Source of the DNA: the human T2T-CHM13v2.0 reference genome, Homo sapiens
Length of the DNA stretch: 64,000 bases
Reading direction: 5' to 3' (one strand)
NCBI RefSeq assembly: GCF_009914755.1
Contig: NC_060925.1
In this document: one piece after another, positions 58,913-64,000 of the stretch
Layout of the letters: each line of letters starts with the position of its first letter
Numbering within the stretch: position 1 is the first letter of the stretch
Program-made: the position numbers and the translations under genes
Notes under the pieces: generated by a model
The model's database searches: none
The model's input: the letters and a program-made list of their open reading frames with translations, nothing else
Told to the model about the DNA's origin: nothing

Positions 58913-61900
58913 CTAGAAAAAAATAAGTAAACATACAGTCAAGTGTTTATATTTTTCTGTTTAGGTTGCTCTGTCCCTCTTCTCTCCCTCCTTCTGATGT
59001 ACAGCAAAAGCACTGCTCACAGGGACACACAAACCGCGTCATGTCCCAGGCAGCTAGGATATACAATTCTGGCCACAATAAATAGAGAAATGATGTCTGA
59101 AAGTGGCAATTATATTTTGTGAGGTAACATCCTTCCTGACTCTGTGGAAGACTTGGGAATGGTCACTTCACAATGTGGTTATGATCCATATTCATGCCAC
59201 TGAATAGATCACTATTATCCTGGCCAGCCACTTGTGGTTAGAATAACTTTTTTCCATGATTTTTTTTTAAACTTAATTGAGGGTCAGTATATGTTGAGTG
59301 AATGTGGAGTGACAGAAGACTAGCTAATCGCCATCTCCTTCCTTTCACAGGAAAGAAGAATAGAAATGGAGCTCCTCTGACACCCCTGTCTTGCTTAGAG
59401 CAAGCAAGACTAACTATGACTCACTCACTAAACTGAGAGTTCCTGGAGGACAGAAACTCGACCTTTCTTCTCTGTATCTATCCTCACAATTTAGAGTATG
59501 TTTGCTGAATCAATGTAACTGCAAATCATTCTGCCTTTTAGTGTTTTTTCCCTAAATCTGCAAAATGGGAACCGGAGTAAGTGTTCTATTTCATGGTCTT
59601 GTGAAGCTAAAAGGAAATAATAGGTAGTAACTCTTTAAAAATTGTCATGCTAAAATATAGGTTATTTTGAGGCTTATAGCTGTTATCTCCACTGAGTAGA
59701 TAAGAAAAATAAAGCTCAGAGAGGCAGAGCAAATGCTCAAGGGACCACAGCTTATAAAAGCTGATGCTAGAAGCACACACCTGGAACTGCCTCATATTCC
59801 AACTGACAAGTTCCCTGGGGTTTGCTGTTGTACCTAGACTTCAGATTGTACCAGCAACCACAATGGTGTTTACTGAGCCCTTTCTAAGAGTAAGGCACTG
59901 AAATAAGTTCCATCCAAGATATCATCCCAATCTTTGTGAAATTTTATGAACTTTAGCAGTCCATCCAGTGCCTCCATGATATTAAAAGTTTTTTTCCTTC
60001 TCTGGCTGTCTCTGTACTTCAGGTAAACTCTATTTTAGCATCTATTGTATAATAAGTTTTACATGCGTGTTCCAGTGCCAAAAATCCTCCTCTCTCTCCC
60101 TGCAAAAGGAAAAGAAAGAAAAGAGAAGTAAGGAAGAATGAGGAAAGGTGAGCGAGGGAGAATGGATGAAAGATTTACTGGCCCAATAAGAGACTGATAT
60201 ATGAGTAGCTGCTATGCCAGGTATTTCCACTAATTCCAGTAATCAATTTTGGGTTGGATTCCTTCTCTAAAGGCTGAGGCATTTTCTAATCTTGAGTTAC
60301 ACTAGAACATCAAAAAGTTTATTTTGCTGACATTTCTAAATTAATAAAGATTTGTAGCAGTATGGGACATTTTCCCCTTTCTTTGCCTATTGAAGGTGCC
60401 CAGTTTTCTTCTTTGAATAGGGTTCCATTCTTTTTTCCTTAGATTGAAATGCAGCATGCTTTTCTCCCTCATCTAAATCTGCTAGTCTAATAACAGCCTG
60501 TGAAGCAAGTTACACCATTCTGAGCGCTTCCCACTGGACTGATATAAGGTAGGTAATCAGCACTTAGCATCTCCAATCTAGTGGAGTATCTAAATAGCTC
60601 TATCTTTTCCAGTTAACCTTTTCCATTACTGAAAAGCAACAAACAAACAAAATCTTGGCTACTGCTGATTAATATAGGCAGACTCAAATAATTATGGCAA
60701 TCTACAATCATAACAAATATTAGAACAACCATCAGGTGTGGGAACTACTGAATCCCAGACCAGAAACACATGTACCCCCAAATTAGGAAAGAGACAACTT
60801 GTACTATAAACTCAGGATCAAAATCCAACTTTTTTACCTCCAGAGAGGGAAGGAATTTCAAGGCTTTCCAAAGAAAATGCCCTCTTCTTACATAATCCCC
60901 TTCCCTCATCAAGGTATCACCCTGCAAAATATCTGATGCTGTGAGAATGTATAAAGAAACAGACACCTTGAAGTACTTACAGAAAGAAATGCATGTACAG
61001 GAAGACCTGGGCATTACTTTTAAGGTGTGTGTACTTACGATGTGACAAAACTGGTATGGTTTTAAAATCCTGTCAGATACTTTTAGTTCTTTGCTAACAC
61101 AGTTCTAAATAATCCTCTGTACTAAAAGCATGAGTCATTTGTGTTCCTGTAAATAAGTCAAACATCATATATCCACCAGAAAAATAGCAAATTTTACTCA
61201 ATAAGGCTCCCAGTACGCTAGTAAAGTAGTCTTTTCTTATTGCTTCATTACAGGAAGCCTTACTTGAATGTACATTCCTAAACAAGGTGAAAGGAGAGCT
61301 GTGTGTGCTGTTTATTTATACAGAAGATGTTTGCCCTAGCTACTAACCTACATTACTAAACAACTTTTCCCAAAACCAACATTTGAGAGAGCACTGTGAA
61401 TTTATTAAGAAAAAAGCAACATAATACAAAGCTTAAACAAAGTGAAACTGGCCATTTAAAACTAAAATTCCTAATTTATTCTGAGAAAAAAATTCTCAAA
61501 TTGTGAAAAATATTAATGTCAAGAATAAAAATAAGATTTAGAGGCCCATAATTTATTATTAGAAACATCATGTTTGCTAACTAAAATCTGGTTTCAAGTT
61601 GTAGCACTGATACAATTTTGGCCACTTTGGAAAACAATTTTTTTCTATTAATTTTTGCAAAGAAAAAACACTACGCACAACAGAGAATACCTTACAATAT
61701 AGGTTACTGCATCTTACAGCCTGTAATGCTGGTATAACAATAAAACTTAAACTACCCATTTCAAATACTACTTAAAAAATAGTATCAATCCAAGACAAAG
61801 ATTCTATGCTCCTCTGGAGTTTGTTACAACAAAACCTGGCCTGTATCTGTAATTCTTTTCGTTGAAAGTGCTATGTAATAGTTTTGGATTAAGGTGGGTA

Positions 61901-62660
61901 ATCTTCCTCACTTCTTAAAGGTAGTGACTAAATTTTACTCATCCTCTAAAATCTTGCATTCAGAAGCACAGTTAGTTTACTTTAATCAGTAGTTACAAAT
62001 ATAGATGAGTCATTTTATGTACTAAACTTTTATGTACATTTTTTCCAGTTCTAGTACTTCCCTATATCACAAAATCAGAGAAACAAAATCAGAGAAAATA
62101 AAACCAGTGGGTTTAGAAAAGGAGATAAAGGGTAAAGGCAATGGCATTAACTTATTCTAAATGCTGCCAAATTTTTAAATATAATGTTCCTTGCAACATT
62201 TTCTCCTTCTATAAGGTAGGATACTAGGCTTTTTTTTTTTTTTTTTAACCATTCAACATTTTCATTGTCAACTAAAAATGTTTTGTAATCCCTCATTTTA
62301 GAAATGTCTAAAGTCTTAACTATGGAGTAAATGTACGTGATCATGGACAGTTACTTAAAGACTATTAGCTTAAAAAAAGACAAAAAAATACATAGAACCC
62401 CATGCTAAAAAAAAGTCCTTTTATAGCCATTCAATTTGATTTATTCACTTAAAATTGGTTTTATAAGATTATACGCTCTTAGAAACAGAAGAGTAGCAGC
62501 ATTGCATTTACCTGGTTCTTCACATTAACTAGCTATACAGTAGATCCTGTAAGTGTGTAAATATAGTGGGAAAACACATATAAAGAAATAAGGGTGGACA
62601 TATTTTGCTTTGGTTTCTCTAAAGCTATTCTAAGCATTACAGAAACAAATTTACACTTAC

Positions 62661-62785
62661 CTTGGTGAAGAACTTTCATGTCATTATTGGATCCTTTCAA
62701 TACCACATGTAATGTTGGATACTCAATGATCACTTTGTTCCTCAAATTGTCTAGGAGACTTTTATAAGGATCTAGTTCATAATAT
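62661..62785 (-). CDS. ZNHIT6: ZNHIT6 penultimate coding exon (125 nt)
   Basis: Minus strand reads pyrimidine tract..TAAG|A TAT TAT GAA..CAC CAA G|GTAAGT. It encodes [41 protein letters not shown], recognised as the ZNHIT6/BCD1 C-terminal region. Its phase joins the next exon. Confidence 0.95.
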
Positions 62786-62992
62786 CTTATTAATAAAAAA
62801 AAACAAAAAACCAGGAAACACTCTTAATATTCAAAATTACTAATAGATAAATATATGAGAGTATTTTACATTAAAAATTTTTTAAAGGTGATGACAATTC
62901 AGTAGTTACTTCCTTATAGCATAGTAAGTTTAATACCTTCTAAGAAAGGCAGGTACAAGAGCTATTATTATAGAGGTTCTAAAACTAAATAA

Positions 62993-63343
<351 letters not shown>

Positions 63344-63399
63344 TACAAGTTATCAATTTTCATACCAAGAAATAGTTAAAGACTCTTATATAATATTTA

Positions 63400-63717
<318 letters not shown>

Positions 63718-64000
63718 TTATGTTGTTATTTTTCTTGAATAAAAGAATGATGAGCTAACTATTTGAATTCCTCAAATATATTTATTTTGAGCCTTAAAGA
63801 CAACCAATCACCTTATGACAATTTCTAGTAACATGGCAATAAAATAACTGGTTACAAAATTGGCTTTTGGAAAAAAGTCAATTATTCTAATTATAACTGG
63901 TTTCCAGAAATTTATATTGCCATGTAAAATTTAAGAAATACAGAGTTTATCGTGACATAGCTGCCAAATGTGTCACAGGTAATTAGATGCTAATGGTCAT

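Noticed and set aside
62533-62745. 70-aa ORF-track entry as a standalone gene
   Set aside because: It is part of the ZNHIT6 exon reading on past the donor into the intron

Overview
Primate (almost certainly human) genomic DNA, about half interspersed repeats. The right end holds the last two coding exons of ZNHIT6 (BCD1, box C/D snoRNP assembly factor) on the minus strand, plus its long 3' UTR. From remembered human gene order this is 1p22.3, in the interval between CCN1/CYR61 (left of the window, not visible) and ZNHIT6; that placement is from memory, not checked. The left ~40 kb is intergenic and contains TEAD/AP-1/CArG motif clusters, a CpG island with no recognisable host gene at ~20.8-21.3 kb followed by strong splice signals, and a second splice-signal pair near 4.0-5.4 kb. 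Positions 41.9-54.1 kb are a nested retrotransposon stack: an old L1 carrying an Alu-in-Alu, an AluY-like element and a full-length dead L1PA3 that keeps the ~129-bp ZNF93-binding segment. I found no clearly new biological system. The best leads are the spliced transcription unit at the CpG island, a possible poly(A)-site switch controlling inverted Alus in the ZNHIT6 3' UTR, and two template-switch scars. Repeat subfamily names come from recalled consensus sequences, and repeat boundaries without target-site duplications (TSDs) are approximate.
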